Origin: Alphaproteobacteria bacterium
GTDB taxonomy: Bacteria; Pseudomonadota; Alphaproteobacteria; SHVV01
Direction of reading: 5' to 3'
Length of the DNA stretch: 64,000 nt
Assembly (NCBI GenBank): GCA_965247665.1
Contig: CBDFHH010000002.1
Coordinates: forward strand, 132,261-196,260
A program made the position numbers and the translations under genes. Numbering within the stretch: the stretch's first letter is position 1; every line of letters begins with the position of its first letter. Below, piece by piece: positions 62,337 through 64,000 of this stretch. Below the pieces are notes generated by a model. The model worked only from the letters and a program-made list of their open reading frames with translations. It was not told where the DNA came from and searched no databases.

Positions 62337-63481
62337 ACACGCACACCCGCGACATCGCTATCGCGCGTCCCTGTGTGGGCGAAGAGGAGTGGCTGGCCCT
62401 GCGTGAGCCGATCATGAACGGCTGGCTGACCCAGGGCCCCAAGGTTGCGGCGTTCGAGCGCCGCTTCGCCGAGCTTCACGGGGTGAACCACGGGGTGGCG
62501 ACGACCTCGTGCACCACGGCGCTTCACCTGGCGCTGCTCGCGGTCGGCACCGGCCCCGGCGACGAGGTGATCGTGCCAGCCTTCACTTGGGTCGCGTCTG
62601 CCAATGCGGTTCTCTACTGCGGGGCAACCCCGGTCTTCGTCGATATTGACCCGGTGACCTTCAACATCAATGTGGAGCAGGCACTCGCCGCGGTGACGGA
62701 GCGGACGCGCGCGGTGATGCCGGTGCATCTCTTCGGCCTCTGCGCGGATACGGCGCGACTCCGCGCCGGACTGCCGGAGACCGTGGCCGTGGTCGAGGAC
62801 GCCGCCTGCGCCGCCGGCGCCAAGCTGGGCGAGCACTTCGCTGGCGGGCTCGGGGATGTCGCGGCGTTCTCCTTCCACCCGCGCAAGTCGGTGACTACGG
62901 GCGAAGGCGGCATGGTCTCCACGAACGACGAGGCGATCGCCGCGCGCGTCGTCCAGCTCCGCAATCACGGGGCTGCGGTATCGGAGGAGCAGCGGCACGC
63001 GGGCCTGAAACCGTACCTCCTCCCCGACTTCGACGTGCTCGGCTTCAACTACCGGATGACCGATCTGCAAGGAGCGCTCGGCCTCGTGCAGATCGAGAAG
63101 CTCGAGGGCTTCATCGCCGAGCGCGCGCACTGGGCCGCCTGGTACCGGGAGGCCCTCGCCGAGATCGCATGGCTCCGCCTGCCGCAGGAGCCGCCGCATG
63201 GTCGACACGCCTGGCAGGCCTTCGTCTGCACGGTCGATCCCGCGCAGGCACCAATGACGCGGAACGAGATGATGGAGCGCCTGCACGGAGCCGGCATCGC
63301 CACCCGGGCCGGCACCCATGCCGTCCACATGCTCGGCTACTATCGGGAGCGCTACGGTTTGGAGGCGGACGACTTTCCCGTTGCCCGCGATGCCGAGCGC
63401 CACTCGCTCGCCCTTCCGTTGCACAACCGGATGACCCGCGAAGACTACGACCATGTCAGCGATTCCCTCCGCGCCCTCTGA
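62333..63481 (+). CDS. DegT/DnrJ/EryC1/StrS aminotransferase
   Basis: GPKVAAFE, SCTTAL, EDAAC, SFHPRKSVTTGEGG, GFNYRM; ATGA overlap. Confidence 0.92.
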   Translation: MNTHTRDIAIARPCVGEEEWLALREPIMNGWLTQGPKVAAFERRFAELHGVNHGVATTSCTTALHLALLAVGTGPGDEVIVPAFTWVASANAVLYCGATPVFVDIDPVTFNINVEQALAAVTERTRAVMPVHLFGLCADTARLRAGLPETVAVVEDAACAAGAKLGEHFAGGLGDVAAFSFHPRKSVTTGEGGMVSTNDEAIAARVVQLRNHGAAVSEEQRHAGLKPYLLPDFDVLGFNYRMTDLQGALGLVQIEKLEGFIAERAHWAAWYREALAEIAWLRLPQEPPHGRHAWQAFVCTVDPAQAPMTRNEMMERLHGAGIATRAGTHAVHMLGYYRERYGLEADDFPVARDAERHSLALPLHNRMTREDYDHVSDSLRAL

Positions 63482-64000
63482 CGCCGACGCCGACTGGCTG
63501 GCCGCCCTGCTGGGCGATCGACTGCCGGCGGAGGGAGGCACGATGACCGTGTCCGGTCGGACGTTCGAGATGCGCCAGGGCATATTGAGGTCCGTCGGAG
63601 TCTCGTCTGCGCCACAGGATCAAACCAGCGAAGTGTTCAAGTACAAGTGGCGGAAGCGCGAAACATTCGATTCACCGTTGTCACGGTTGCGAGCGCGCGA
63701 ATGGCTGCAACAGCGTTATGGCGACGTGGCGACGGCACAGTGGTGGCAAGGCTATGGGGAAAAGCCGCTGCTGCTCGACGCGGGCTGTGGAGCTGCATTC
63801 TCGGTACTGGAGTTGTTTGAGAAGAGAATTCCGAGTGTGCGGTATCTCGGTGTTGACATATCCGGTGCTATTGATGTTGCCGATGCACGTTTCAAGGAAC
63901 GCGGTCTGCCGGGCACGTTCATGCAGGCAGACATCACAGACTTACCGCTACATGACCAATCGGTAGATGTAATTTTTTCGGAAGGCACACTGCATCACAC
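63453..64000 (+). CDS. Class I SAM-dependent methyltransferase, 3' end outside window
   Basis: Open frame from ATG 63453: QTSEVFKYKW, LLDAGCG, YLGVDIS, QADITDLP, DVIFSEGTLHH. Confidence 0.85.
   Translation, partial: MSAIPSAPSDADADWLAALLGDRLPAEGGTMTVSGRTFEMRQGILRSVGVSSAPQDQTSEVFKYKWRKRETFDSPLSRLRAREWLQQRYGDVATAQWWQGYGEKPLLLDAGCGAAFSVLELFEKRIPSVRYLGVDISGAIDVADARFKERGLPGTFMQADITDLPLHDQSVDVIFSEGTLHH

Overview
GC-rich alphaproteobacterial (Rhodospirillales-like) chromosome segment, mostly core genes: nrdJ (5' partial), aspS, rnd, ppx, ppk1, hda-like, purN, ndk, holC, pepA, lptFGD, surA, pdxA, rsmA, gmk, yicC, mltG, fabF-acpP-fabG-fabD, rpsF-rpsR-rplI, cfa-like, dnaB, alr, mlaEF, radA, cvpA, purF, der, bamB, guaA, guaB, rlmE and a second ppx. 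Accessory content: (i) an AT-rich, integrase-less element of about 1.15 kb in the guaA 3' end, bounded by a recoded TIEWE-stop repeat and carrying an uncalled H-NS-N-terminal-like micro-ORF coupled to a SAM methyltransferase; (ii) an IS1202/ISNCY-type IS with a 16-bp target duplication; (iii) gene debris followed by a surface-polysaccharide operon (wHTH regulator, RfaH-like factor, an exact GGCGGTAGCGTG ops element, wbpB, wbpD, epimerase, DegT aminotransferase, methyltransferase) that runs off the window end. Also seen: a probable purM relic, a metallo-beta-lactamase-fold pseudogene, NrdR-box-like motifs before dnaB and yicC-gmk, a suhB/alpha-r8-like sRNA after nrdJ and several candidate structured RNAs. 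No tRNA, rRNA or CRISPR array was found. All assignments come from motif recognition by eye; no searches were run.
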